A stretch of 64,000 nucleotides of DNA from Bacteriovoracaceae bacterium (lineage in GTDB: Bacteria; Bdellovibrionota; Bacteriovoracia; Bacteriovoracales; Bacteriovoracaceae). The stretch's first letter is position 1; each line of letters starts with the position of its first letter. The translations under genes and the position numbers were made by a program. Under the pieces are notes generated by a model. The model searched no databases, was not told where the DNA came from, and worked only from the letters and a program-made list of their open reading frames with translations. The stretch covers positions 320,001-384,000 of the forward strand of contig JBLWTJ010000003.1 in the NCBI GenBank assembly GCA_048270185.1. Direction: 5' to 3'. This document shows positions 48,908-58,667 of this stretch, piece after piece.

Positions 48908-50479
48908 TTAATAAAAGTATGAGAACTCAAATGATGTTGAGTGGGCCGAATAATTACTTTCTTCAATATCTGAAATATTATTTAAGTATGAATATTCAAC
49001 ACCAAAAGAAAAGTGGCGATTTAAAATACGGGTTAGCTTTGTATTAAAGTTGAGTGATTTCTCTAATCCATGTGATTCACTTTCGGCTTCATCTTCATAT
49101 GATATTAGAGATAGTGAAGCACCAATATTAAGTGTGGTATTGGGAAAGACTCCAGGTCTAATATAATCGAGTCTAAATAAATGTGTTGTTGTATTTAGAC
49201 TGTCTTGAGTATCAAATTGTGTGATGTCTGCTTGGTAGAGAAGAATAAAGAGTCCGTATGTCTTTCTTAAAATTTGATCAATTGAGATAATCTTTGATGA
49301 GCGATTAAGATCTTCAGCATAGTATGAATAATTCTGTAATTTTAATGTGAAGGTTGTATTACCTGTTTCAAAAATTGGTAACTCTGTCCCTAGTGAAAAT
49401 TGATTCGATCTAAAATTAAATTGTGTGTCTTTCTTTGCTTCAACATCCTTACCTTGATAGTCGTAAGTATATTTTGTCATAAGCCGTGCAGCTTTCTTTT
49501 TATACTTGTACGCAAAATCTACTTCAATTTCAGGTGTAATATTGTAGCGATCATTGGCGTAGATTTCACTATCTGCTCGATCAGAATATTTCGTTTTAGA
49601 AATTTCAAGAGATGGCGTGACTGTGTAGCGTCTTTTAAAGTTTTTTGCCTTACTTATATTAAATCTTGTTGCGGAAAGAAATGAATCCTTATTAGTTCCA
49701 GTTGAACTAGGAAGATCATCTGATAGTGTAACATTATTATCATAAGTAATTCTTTGATCAATACTTATTTCAAGTCTTTCACTTGGAAGGGGGGCTCCGT
49801 TTACTAATTTATCTTCTTCGAGGTAGAACTCTGCTTTAATTTCTTTAATACGCTTTTCAATATCATCTGCCGTTGAGCTATTCGGATTAATATCAATGGC
49901 CTTGTAAAGGTCGGGGATAATATACTTACCGGCAATTTCAGCTACTCTAGGAGTTGATCTTGCAAGTTCGAGATTCATTTGGGCAATTTGAAAGTATGCT
50001 ATCTGTCTCATTTCAACAGAAGTACCTTTATCTTTTAAAAGTAGTGAATAGTATACTTTTGCGTTCTTGTGATCTTCTTTTAATTGATAGATATAGCCTA
50101 AGTAGTATGTTGATTGTTCGATCTTATACTTAAGCTTTCTTGATTGCTTAAAGTTTTGAATTGCTTTCTCGAGAGAATTAATCGCATAGTTGGCCTGACC
50201 TAATTCATAGAAAATTTCACGAGATTTATTATTGTACTTTAGTGAAGCTTCAAAGAATACGATAGCTTCTGAAAATTCTTGAAGTCTTGCATGAGAAACA
50301 CCTAGTAGGTAGCTGCGAACCCCAAGGTATGTTTGATCTTTTCTATTAGTATATTCCTTAGTATTTAATTTATTAATGACTTCTTCATAATTTGCATTTT
50401 CAAATTCTTTGTATATTGGTGCTAAAGCTTGTGCAAAACAAGTACTACTCAAAAGAAGTAGTAAGATAAGTTTTCTCAA
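48908..50479 (-). CDS. TPR-repeat + outer-membrane beta-barrel protein
   Basis: Signal peptide; TPR helices (YLLG, YELG, YYLG); then ITYDNNV, alternating beta-strands and an aromatic C-terminus FEFSYFY; TTG start. Confidence 0.75.
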   Translation of the reverse strand: MRKLILLLLLSSTCFAQALAPIYKEFENANYEEVINKLNTKEYTNRKDQTYLGVRSYLLGVSHARLQEFSEAIVFFEASLKYNNKSREIFYELGQANYAINSLEKAIQNFKQSRKLKYKIEQSTYYLGYIYQLKEDHKNAKVYYSLLLKDKGTSVEMRQIAYFQIAQMNLELARSTPRVAEIAGKYIIPDLYKAIDINPNSSTADDIEKRIKEIKAEFYLEEDKLVNGAPLPSERLEISIDQRITYDNNVTLSDDLPSSTGTNKDSFLSATRFNISKAKNFKRRYTVTPSLEISKTKYSDRADSEIYANDRYNITPEIEVDFAYKYKKKAARLMTKYTYDYQGKDVEAKKDTQFNFRSNQFSLGTELPIFETGNTTFTLKLQNYSYYAEDLNRSSKIISIDQILRKTYGLFILLYQADITQFDTQDSLNTTTHLFRLDYIRPGVFPNTTLNIGASLSLISYEDEAESESHGLEKSLNFNTKLTRILNRHFSFGVEYSYLNNISDIEESNYSAHSTSFEFSYFY

Positions 50480-50602
50480 TGGATACCCTTTAATTCGTTC
50501 TAATTTTAAATATTTATAAAATAATTTTACTTAGAAAACGAGGGCTTGAACAGGGGGGAATTTGACTGCAGTCGGTGATACTGCAGCCAATAAGTCAGAT
50601 AT

Positions 50603-51949
50603 TTATTGTTTATCAAGAATGATTCTTATAACTGCGCGGTTTGAACCTGATGTCGTGGTTTTGGAATCTTCGATGGCTTGATCACGATCCGCTATTGTTT
50701 CGTCCATAATTTTAGAACTATCTGCATCTGTAGCTCCTGCTAGTTCTGGACTGTCTGCAGGTATTGTATAGATATCTTCTAATTGTTCATCCATTACATC
50801 ATAAACATTTGTTACAGTGACATCTGTCATTGTGTTAGTTGTTGAAGCTGGTGTACGTCCATCAAGGCTATCATCGACTTTGGCCGTGAAATTACCTTCT
50901 TCATCAACTTCAAAGTAATCATTTACATAATCACCAGTTGCCTTATCGAAACTTCCTAATTGAACGGGAACAATTACTTCATTAGTCATTGGATCAATTG
51001 GAGCATTTTCCGGAGGAGGAATATAGAGTGCATTCTTTGTATCGACGTAACCACCATCTTTAAGGGAGCCTTTCTTTTCAACAGTTTCTTGTTTTGTTGA
51101 ATCATTGAAGGCCACTTTATTTTTACCTGTTACACTTTGATCAACTTTGGCCATTTGACCAGCAATCTCTACATTTGTTGAAGCTGCAAATTTTCCACTA
51201 TCAACACCGGGAGGAATAATACTTCTTACCATTGGTTTTGTGTTTTTCTTTGCACCTGCATCGGAAACTTTCGAGCCATCATTTGATTCAAGGGCCTTTA
51301 ACTGCTTTCTATTAAGCTTTACTGGTGCAATCGGTTTTGAGTCAATGGCCGGCATAACTCCTGAAAGCTGACCTCTTTTAACCATTACCGAAGTAGGGGA
51401 AGAGACAACTTTTTCAAGACGATCTTGAAGAGCATTTCTCATCCTCTTAAACTTAGTAAGAGAGCCCATCGCTACGGCCCCTTCAAAAGTAATCAGAGTT
51501 GTATTTTGGTTATTTGGATTATAATTAACCTGAAAGTCTGTACCACGAACACCCATGGCGGCCGTCTTTGTTTTAATAAAGAGCTTAGATTTATTCTTAT
51601 CTATTTGTAGATAATTCTTAGAAACTTTTGATCGCAGTTGGCCTCGAATAAGATTAATAATTCCGGCCTTTTTCTTTGGAAATTGTGTAACTTCCATTTG
51701 TGAATTAGCTCCAAGAGTAAGCTTGGACTTATCCATAAATAATAATTTTACAAAACTTCGTGACTTAGTCGTAATCTGTGATCCCTCTGGAATCCAGTCT
51801 CCTTTTTTCAATTTCTTCTTTGTTTGAGTTAGAATAACAGTTCCGCGCTTCTTCATAACTTTTGCGACACCTTTATCAGTCGTTGCATTTAGTATTGATA
51901 TATTCATCAATAACGAAGTAAGAATGAAAAGTAGCTTTAGTGTCTTCAT
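50603..51949 (-). CDS. FecR-domain secreted protein
   Basis: LKKGDWI...ITT...VKLLFMDKSKLTLGANS, IKTKTAAMGVRGTDF, TFEGAV; signal peptide from ATG 51949 (GGGG RBS). Confidence 0.85.
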   Translation of the reverse strand: MKTLKLLFILTSLLMNISILNATTDKGVAKVMKKRGTVILTQTKKKLKKGDWIPEGSQITTKSRSFVKLLFMDKSKLTLGANSQMEVTQFPKKKAGIINLIRGQLRSKVSKNYLQIDKNKSKLFIKTKTAAMGVRGTDFQVNYNPNNQNTTLITFEGAVAMGSLTKFKRMRNALQDRLEKVVSSPTSVMVKRGQLSGVMPAIDSKPIAPVKLNRKQLKALESNDGSKVSDAGAKKNTKPMVRSIIPPGVDSGKFAASTNVEIAGQMAKVDQSVTGKNKVAFNDSTKQETVEKKGSLKDGGYVDTKNALYIPPPENAPIDPMTNEVIVPVQLGSFDKATGDYVNDYFEVDEEGNFTAKVDDSLDGRTPASTTNTMTDVTVTNVYDVMDEQLEDIYTIPADSPELAGATDADSSKIMDETIADRDQAIEDSKTTTSGSNRAVIRIILDKQ

Positions 51950-51981
51950 AAAAGTCCCCAACAAATTAAACTCATTTATAC

Positions 51982-52008
51982 TTATCGTAGATCAAAGCAA
52001 TTTCTTAA
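51982..52008 (-). promoter_or_regulatory. Sigma28 (FliA)-type promoter candidate for the FecR/TPR/cyclase operon
   Basis: TTAAG-N15-ACGATAA on the minus strand. Confidence 0.5.
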
Positions 52009-52081
52009 GCTGAAATTCACGTAAATATCTAAAAATATTGGATCTTTTAAGAATAGTAAGTATTGGAGATGACAAGAATCT

Positions 52082-52101
52082 GTGGCGTCAGACGACGCCA
52101 C
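52082..52101 (-). terminator. Hairpin downstream of the ArsC-family gene
   Basis: GTGGCGTC-AGAC-GACGCCAC; no clear U-tract. Confidence 0.4.
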
Positions 52102-52130
52102 TAGACCTTATTTTAGTAACTTAGAAAAAG

Positions 52131-52478
52131 TTATAGAATAGAATCAAAATTCTCTGTCGGACGTCCGATTGCCGCTTTCTTATTATCGTTAACAAGAATT
52201 GGTCTTTCTAGTAATTTTGGATTTTCGTGAACGATTTTGGCCCATTCGATATTTGAAAGCTCTTTTCCAGCAAGTCCTAGGTCTTTAAAAAGAGCTTCCT
52301 TAGTTCTGATCAATCCTTTTAGTGGATCAATTCCTGTATACTTAATTAGGTCGATGAATTCTTTTTCTTCGATTCCATCTTTTAGGTATTCTTTAATTCT
52401 AAAATCGACGCCCTTAGAATCAAGATATTCAAGTCCTTGGCGGCTTTTTGTACAACGTGGATTGTGGTAATAAAGCAT
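52131..52478 (-). CDS. ArsC/YfgD family glutaredoxin-type reductase
   Basis: YHNPRCTKSR, NPKLLERPI, AAIGRP. Confidence 0.88.
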   Translation of the reverse strand: MLYYHNPRCTKSRQGLEYLDSKGVDFRIKEYLKDGIEEKEFIDLIKYTGIDPLKGLIRTKEALFKDLGLAGKELSNIEWAKIVHENPKLLERPILVNDNKKAAIGRPTENFDSIL

Positions 52479-52566
52479 TAATACTTCTCCTTACAATTAT
52501 CATATTTAATCATTTTCTGGTATGTTACTTTGCAAACATAATTTATAACTAACTAGGATTTTAGCT

Positions 52567-53466
52567 ATGGATTTCAATATTGAAAATATTAAATCAGAAT
52601 TTGCCGAGCACGTAAAAGCTTTACAGAACGAAATTAGTGCAGAACTTAAGCGAATCGATGACAAAATTAACCTAAATGAAGATCGATGGGAGCGCAAGGA
52701 TTTCGCAGGTAACCCTGGTGGCGGTGGAATCACACGTGCCTTCGAAGGTGAAGTTTTCGAAAATGCTGGTGTCAATACATCAATCGTTTTTGGTGAAGTT
52801 GATCCAAAGTTTGCGGCCAATATTGGAGGGGATAATAACCAGATGTGGGCCACTGGTATCTCTCTTATTATTCACCCTAAGAACCCACGAATTCCGACGA
52901 CTCATGCAAATTTTCGCATGATACAGGCCGGGTCTAAAATATGGTTTGGAGGTGGCGCTGACTTAACTCCATTCTATCCTCATGAAGATGACTTTGAATA
53001 CTTCCACAAAGTTTGGAAAGATGCTTGTGAACCTTATGGGTACTTCAAAGAGTGGAAAGATAAGTGTGATGTTTATTTTACAAATACTCATCGTGATAAT
53101 GAAATGCGTGGAATTGGTGGATTCTTCTACGATCACTTCTTCTCTGGTGATCCAGAAAAAGATCTGGCCATGTTTAAAGATATCTCTTCAAACTTTATAA
53201 AGTCTTACTTTCCAATCGTTGAAAAGCGCCTTAACGAAGAATATGACGATGAGGATGTGGACTTCCAACTTCACCGTCGTGGACGCTATGTTGAGTTTAA
53301 TCTTTTACATGATCGAGGAACTCATTTTGGACTCAAGTCAAATGGACGTACGGATTCAATTCTAATCTCTCTTCCTGCGCGCGTAAAATTCACTTATCGC
53401 TATGAACCGACTAAACCAGAACATAAGAAAATGATGGAATACTATTATCCGAAAGAGTGGGCCTAG
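52567..53466 (+). CDS. hemF: Oxygen-dependent coproporphyrinogen III oxidase
   Basis: ATGISLIIHPKNP..PTTHANFR, WFGGGADLTP, RGIGGFFYD, RRGRYVEFNL. Confidence 0.95.
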   Translation: MDFNIENIKSEFAEHVKALQNEISAELKRIDDKINLNEDRWERKDFAGNPGGGGITRAFEGEVFENAGVNTSIVFGEVDPKFAANIGGDNNQMWATGISLIIHPKNPRIPTTHANFRMIQAGSKIWFGGGADLTPFYPHEDDFEYFHKVWKDACEPYGYFKEWKDKCDVYFTNTHRDNEMRGIGGFFYDHFFSGDPEKDLAMFKDISSNFIKSYFPIVEKRLNEEYDDEDVDFQLHRRGRYVEFNLLHDRGTHFGLKSNGRTDSILISLPARVKFTYRYEPTKPEHKKMMEYYYPKEWA

Positions 53467-53469
53467 CTT

Positions 53470-53619
53470 TTAGCTGGCCTGTTTTTTGATTAACTCTTCA
53501 AGGATTTGATTGGCATCAATCTCAACTCCGTGACTTTGGGCAATTGTTTGAATCTCTTCGAGTTTCTTTTCTAATTTTGTGATGTCACATAGTAGACGGT
53601 AGCAATTATTAATCATCAT
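53470..53619 (-). CDS. Small hypothetical protein
   Basis: MMINNCYRLLCDITKLEKKLEEIQ...; AAGGGG RBS before ATG 53619 and an upstream sigma28-like promoter. Confidence 0.5.
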   Translation of the reverse strand: MMINNCYRLLCDITKLEKKLEEIQTIAQSHGVEIDANQILEELIKKQAS

Positions 53620-53667
53620 GAATGAGCCCCTTGTTAGAGTTGTTGAATATAAGTTTGGCATATCAAA

Positions 53668-53695
53668 CTATCGGTGTCTATAAGAAAAATCTTAA
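53668..53695 (-). promoter_or_regulatory. Sigma28 (FliA)-type promoter candidate
   Basis: TTAAG-N16-CCGATAG on the minus strand. Confidence 0.55.
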
Positions 53696-53778
53696 AAAAT
53701 ATTTTTTTCCAATTTTTAAGCAATTTAGGCTATATAGAAGGTCTAAAGAAAATTAAAAAATAAGTCCTCGGAGGATAT

Positions 53779-54012
53779 GTGTCACAAAGACTAGAAAAAC
53801 TTAAAGCAGATCTAGAAGAATTTTCACCAAAACAAATGAGAACTCTAAGAAATAATCTCAATAATCGTATTCAGAGTTTTACTAATACTTTTAAAGAGCC
53901 CAAAGATCTGCCTGAAAGCCACAAATTACACGGACTTGAGGAAGGCGAGTGTCGTGAGCTTCTTGGCATCGTTAAGAAAAAGTTATTAAAAGCAAAATTC
54001 GATATGGAATAA
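53779..54012 (+). CDS. Small hypothetical protein
   Basis: 77-aa helical ORF, GTG start after GGAGGA. Confidence 0.6.
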   Translation: MSQRLEKLKADLEEFSPKQMRTLRNNLNNRIQSFTNTFKEPKDLPESHKLHGLEEGECRELLGIVKKKLLKAKFDME

Positions 54013-54094
54013 TGATTAAAGGGCCTATGTAATATAAATGTAAAAGACTGGGCCCAAGCTTTAACTCCTCTCCATATGAGCGTATGATTTCTAT

Positions 54095-54727
54095 ATGGAA
54101 AAAGTAAAACCCATTCTAAGAGGTTGGTCACACCAGGCAATGTTCTTTGTTTCAATCGGTGCCTGCTCTCTGCTGATCGCAAAAAGTGCCAATACAACTC
54201 AATATGTTTCAACAATCATCTACTCGCTAGGGCTTTTAATGATGCTCGGGGTAAGTGCTTTCTACCATCGAATTCACTGGGAGCCTCGCAAAAGAGATTG
54301 GTTGGGGAGACTTGATCATAGTGCTATCTTTGTCATGATTGCCGGTACGTGTACGCCTATTACACTACTTGTTCTTGAAGGTGAGTCTGGTACAAATATG
54401 CTAATTAGTATTTGGATTGTGGCCTTTGTGGGTATATTAAAATCAATCTTTCTACCAAATATTCATGAAATGATAAGTGCTCTAATCTACCTAATTCCTG
54501 GTTATATGATCACGCCTTATATCTCTGAACTTCTTCCAAAACTTGGAGTGACAAATATCGCTCTTCTTATTTCTGGAGGGATTCTCTATACCATTGGTGC
54601 TATTTGTTACGGACTAAAGCTTCCCGGAAGAAATGCTAAGTGGTTTGGTTACCACGAAGTTTTTCACCTGCTCGTTTGTGTGGCAGCAACGATGCACTTT
54701 ATGATTATTTATTCGATTGTGGGGTAG
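54095..54727 (+). CDS. Hemolysin III / PAQR family membrane protein
   Basis: SAFYHR, RLDHSAIF..IAGT.TP, YHEVFH; multiple TM helices. Confidence 0.9.
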   Translation: MEKVKPILRGWSHQAMFFVSIGACSLLIAKSANTTQYVSTIIYSLGLLMMLGVSAFYHRIHWEPRKRDWLGRLDHSAIFVMIAGTCTPITLLVLEGESGTNMLISIWIVAFVGILKSIFLPNIHEMISALIYLIPGYMITPYISELLPKLGVTNIALLISGGILYTIGAICYGLKLPGRNAKWFGYHEVFHLLVCVAATMHFMIIYSIVG

Positions 54728-54839
54728 GTGCCATGCTCCTTTGGTTTCGCATATGCTCTATTGGCCCTGAGGCAACAAAGCCTGCATAAATGCAGGCGTG
54801 TTGAATTAGCTTATCATTTCAGGCATGGGTCGCTGCGCG

Positions 54840-55403
54840 CTACCAATCAGGAGCGATATAAACATCAATTTCAGGATTGTACTCAGCTCTAAGTGTTGAC
54901 TTGATTGCTTCAAGTGTTCCAGTCGTTGATGATGGGCAAGTCCCACATGCACCTTGGTAGCGGATCAGAAGAATATTATCTTCGTATGATACCGTTTGAA
55001 TATCCCCTCCATCGGCCTGTAGATATTGGCGAACAGACTTATCAAGAATCTCTTCAATCGCACTAAGCTCAGGAGAAAGACTGGCACGTCTTTCTTTTTC
55101 CGGATCAAATTCTTCGTACTCTGGATTGTGATTTGGAAGATCGTGTTGGATTGTTTCCATAATCTTTGGCTCAATATCATCCCAGTCTTCATAGTTAAAC
55201 TTTGTTACCGTAATAACATTTTCAAAGAAGTGAAGTTGATCAATTCCACGAATTGTAAAAAGATTAACTCCTAGATTTACTTCGCCACACTCCATTGGTG
55301 TGCGGAAAGTTGATGAACCAGATGATTTAACATCTTTATTTAAAATAAATTTTAAAGCATTTGGATTTGGTGTTGGTTGAATGTCGATTGTTACTTCACT
55401 CAT
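54840..55403 (-). CDS. nfu: Nfu-type Fe-S carrier (Nfu N-terminal + NifU C-terminal domain)
   Basis: TPNPNALKF; LQADGGD, GACGTCPSS. Confidence 0.88.
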   Translation of the reverse strand: MSEVTIDIQPTPNPNALKFILNKDVKSSGSSTFRTPMECGEVNLGVNLFTIRGIDQLHFFENVITVTKFNYEDWDDIEPKIMETIQHDLPNHNPEYEEFDPEKERRASLSPELSAIEEILDKSVRQYLQADGGDIQTVSYEDNILLIRYQGACGTCPSSTTGTLEAIKSTLRAEYNPEIDVYIAPDW

Positions 55404-55413
55404 ATATTACCTT

Positions 55414-56634
55414 CTATAGAAAATTAATGGCCTTCTCAACGGCCTTAATAAAATTATCAATTTCTTCTTTTGTATTATACAACGAGAATGAAGCTCTTGC
55501 AGTAGAAGAAACCCCAAGTCTCTTCATTAAAGGTTGTGTACAGTGGTGACCTGTTCTAATTGCAACACCTTGGCGATCAAGTAAAGTCCCAATATCATGT
55601 GGGTGAGCACCTTCAATTGCAAAGGAAAGGACTGAGGCCTTCTTCTTGGCCGTTCCAATAATACGAACCTTTTCAATTTCAAGAATCTTCTGTGTTGCAT
55701 AAGTTAGAAGTTCACTTTCATATTCCTTGATGACATCAAGATTACAATTTGAAATGAAATCGATAGCAGGCTTCAAGGCGATTCCACCTGCAATATGTGG
55801 TGTTCCAGCTTCAAACTTATGTGGAAGTTCGTTATATGTCGTTTTCTCTATTGTAACGACATCAATCATATCTCCACCACCTTGATATGGAGGCATACTT
55901 TCAAGAAGTTTCTCTTTACCGTAAAGAACTCCGAAGCCAGTTGGCCCAAACATCTTGTGAGAAGAAAATGCAAGAAAGTCACAATTTAAGTCTTCTACGT
56001 CAACTTTTTCATGGGCAATTGATTGAGCAGCATCAACACAGAAGTAAGCTCCATGATCATGTGCTAATTTAATATATTCTTTTATATCGTTAATTGTTCC
56101 AAGCGAATTTGAGATATGGGCCATTGAAACTAGCTTTACTTCATTATTCTTTAAGAGCTCGAGATAGGCTTCTTCATCAATGTCGCCTTCATCTGTGATT
56201 GGTATCTCACGTACAAGTGCTCCAATTTTTTCAGCTTGAATTTGCCAAGGAACAATATTTGAATGGTGCTCCATCGTTGAAACTAGAATGACGTCATCTT
56301 TTTTTAAGTAGTGAGGAATAAAAGAGCTCGCCACAAGATTTAAGCTATCTGTTGTTCCCTTGGTGAAGATAATTTCATTACGAGAACTAGCATTAATAAA
56401 GGCCTGAACAGTATCTCTTGTTTGTTCGTACTTAATCGTTCCGTACTCACTAAGATAGTGAACTCCACGGTGGATATTGGCCACTTCATTAGAGTAGTGC
56501 TCGTGAATTGAGTCAATAACACTTTGATGCTTTAAAGTTGAGGCCGCATTATCTAAGTAGATGAGTGGACGATCATGAACTCGTCTTGCCAGTTGTGGGA
56601 ATTCAGAGCGAATTTGATTGATTTCAAATGCCAT
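55414..56634 (-). CDS. sufS: Cysteine desulfurase (group II)
   Basis: YLDNAAS, MEHHSN, SSHKMFGP, RTGHHCTQP. Confidence 0.93.
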   Translation of the reverse strand: MAFEINQIRSEFPQLARRVHDRPLIYLDNAASTLKHQSVIDSIHEHYSNEVANIHRGVHYLSEYGTIKYEQTRDTVQAFINASSRNEIIFTKGTTDSLNLVASSFIPHYLKKDDVILVSTMEHHSNIVPWQIQAEKIGALVREIPITDEGDIDEEAYLELLKNNEVKLVSMAHISNSLGTINDIKEYIKLAHDHGAYFCVDAAQSIAHEKVDVEDLNCDFLAFSSHKMFGPTGFGVLYGKEKLLESMPPYQGGGDMIDVVTIEKTTYNELPHKFEAGTPHIAGGIALKPAIDFISNCNLDVIKEYESELLTYATQKILEIEKVRIIGTAKKKASVLSFAIEGAHPHDIGTLLDRQGVAIRTGHHCTQPLMKRLGVSSTARASFSLYNTKEEIDNFIKAVEKAINFL

Positions 56635-57887
56635 TACGATTCCTTTTCAATATGGTCAAAAGCTTCTTGTTCAAAAGATTCAAAGAGAATATCACTTAAG
56701 AATTTTTCAATCTTTTCATCTTCAACCTTATTGATAGCATCAGAGCAGAAGGCATGTATAAGAAGCTTCTGAACGCGATCTTTTGAAAGTCCGCGAGATT
56801 GAAGGTAGAAGGCTTCTTCATCACTCATCTGTCCAACTGTTGCACCGTGAGCACACTTAACATCGTCAGCATAAACTTCAAGCTGAGGGCGAGTGTCCAC
56901 ATGAGCACCTTTTGAAAGAAGTAAGTTCTTATTTAACTGCTCAGAGTTTACAAGTTGAGCATCACGACAAACGAGAACCTTTCCAGTAAAGACACCACGA
57001 GATTTATTATTCAGAACACCTTTGAAAAGCTGTGAGCTATCAGTTCTTTCTTTGATATGTGAAATAAGAGAGAAGTTATCAGTGTGTTGGTCACCGTTTA
57101 GAGCATAGAGTCCATCAACACTTGTTGTTGCACCAGCTGCGTTTAAGCGTACACGAATCTCATTTCTTGATTTCTTTGCACCTGTTGTAAAAGTAAATGA
57201 TTTGAAGTGCGCATCTTTTGCGATATCGGCATTAACACTACTTACGTGGAATGCATTTGCACCGTCTGTTTGAACTTTTACATGAGATACATTGGCTCCA
57301 TCTGCAATATTAAAGTTAGAAACAGCATTAATATTATAGGCCTTATCACTTCCTGTGAAAATTTCAACAAAGCTGGCCTTTGAGAATTGTCCAACGTTGA
57401 CATGAATACGTGGTAGGGCAAAATCCTGCGCAAAATCAGAGATGTGTACAATTGAAATAACGTCATCAAGACTTACATTCTTTGGAACGTTGATTTCAAT
57501 AATATTCTCAACGGCCGAAGCATTAAGCATGGCAAAGATATCTGTTTGGTCACAATTTGCTTCACTTGCTACAAGTGCCTTTTGCTCAACAGTGATCTCT
57601 TCAGGAAAGAATGAATCAGCTTTTGAGTATTGGCCGTTTAAAAGAACGATTTGGTACTTTCCAGCAACCTTAACATTCTTAAGCATGGCCTTTTGTGTTG
57701 TTACTGAGAATTTCTCAGGTAGAACATCTGTAAGCTTTGTATAAATCCAGTCTTCCATTTTTGTGTGTGGAAGTCCGCGGGCCTTAAAGTTTTCTAAGGC
57801 TTCTTTATTTGAATCTGATTTCGCGTAATTTGCTAGATCAGATAAATATTGGTCTGTTAATTCTTGGATATTCATTATTAATCCCAA
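56634..57887 (-). CDS. sufD: Fe-S assembly protein SufD
   Basis: EDWIYT, TRPQLEVYADDVKCAHGATVG, FYLQSRG. Confidence 0.92.
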   Translation of the reverse strand: MGLIMNIQELTDQYLSDLANYAKSDSNKEALENFKARGLPHTKMEDWIYTKLTDVLPEKFSVTTQKAMLKNVKVAGKYQIVLLNGQYSKADSFFPEEITVEQKALVASEANCDQTDIFAMLNASAVENIIEINVPKNVSLDDVISIVHISDFAQDFALPRIHVNVGQFSKASFVEIFTGSDKAYNINAVSNFNIADGANVSHVKVQTDGANAFHVSSVNADIAKDAHFKSFTFTTGAKKSRNEIRVRLNAAGATTSVDGLYALNGDQHTDNFSLISHIKERTDSSQLFKGVLNNKSRGVFTGKVLVCRDAQLVNSEQLNKNLLLSKGAHVDTRPQLEVYADDVKCAHGATVGQMSDEEAFYLQSRGLSKDRVQKLLIHAFCSDAINKVEDEKIEKFLSDILFESFEQEAFDHIEKES

Positions 57888-57890
57888 TCC

Positions 57891-58667
57891 TTATTTTGTT
57901 AGCCAGTCGTAACCTTTCTCTTCAAGTTCAAGTGCTAATTCTTTTCCACCTGACTTAATTATTTTTCCACCACTTAGTACGTGAACAAAGTCTGGAACGA
58001 TATAATCAAGAAGTCTTTGGTAGTGAGTGACAAGAACGATTCCGTTGTACTTCGACTTTATCGAGTTAACACCTTTAGCAACGATCTTAAGAGCGTCAAT
58101 ATCAAGCCCTGAATCTGTTTCATCAAGTAGGGCAAGCTTAGGGTTAAGTACGGCCATTTGAAGAATTTCATTTTTCTTCTTTTCTCCACCTGAGAAACCA
58201 GTATTTACTGGACGATCAAGAAATTCTTCTCTCATCTCAAGTAGGGCTAGCTTTGGCGCAAGAAACTCTCTAAATTCATCTTTCTTCATTTCAGCTGCAC
58301 CTTGTGCTTTTGAAACTTCGTTAAATGACTCCAGTAGGAAGTCGATATTTGATACACCAGGAACTTCAATAGGGTATTGAAAACCTAGGAAGATTCCTTG
58401 TTTTGCTCTTTCATCTGGTTCTAATTCGAGTAGATCAGTTTGTTTACCATTAATATTAAAATCAATTGAGCCACTAGTGACTTCAAAACTTGGGTGACCA
58501 GCAATAACTTTTGAAAGTGTACTCTTTCCTGAACCATTTGGTCCCATGATAGCGTGAACTTCACCTGGTTTAACTTCAATTGAGATACCCTTTAGGATTT
58601 CTTTTTCTTCAACTCTTGCGTGAACATCTTTAACTGTAAGTAAGCTCATGTTTTTCCTTTTATCCAA
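57891..58667 (-). CDS. sufC: Fe-S assembly ATPase SufC
   Basis: [33 protein letters not shown]; true start may be ATG 58649. Confidence 0.95.
   Translation of the reverse strand: MDKRKNMSLLTVKDVHARVEEKEILKGISIEVKPGEVHAIMGPNGSGKSTLSKVIAGHPSFEVTSGSIDFNINGKQTDLLELEPDERAKQGIFLGFQYPIEVPGVSNIDFLLESFNEVSKAQGAAEMKKDEFREFLAPKLALLEMREEFLDRPVNTGFSGGEKKKNEILQMAVLNPKLALLDETDSGLDIDALKIVAKGVNSIKSKYNGIVLVTHYQRLLDYIVPDFVHVLSGGKIIKSGGKELALELEEKGYDWLTK

Noticed and set aside
52131..52478. Arsenic resistance locus
   Set aside because: A lone ArsC-family gene without arsR, arsB or acr3; such orphans are common.
54095..54727. Hemolysin as a virulence or prey-lysis toxin
   Set aside because: Hemolysin III/PAQR proteins are widespread membrane proteins; nothing in the sequence supports a toxin role.
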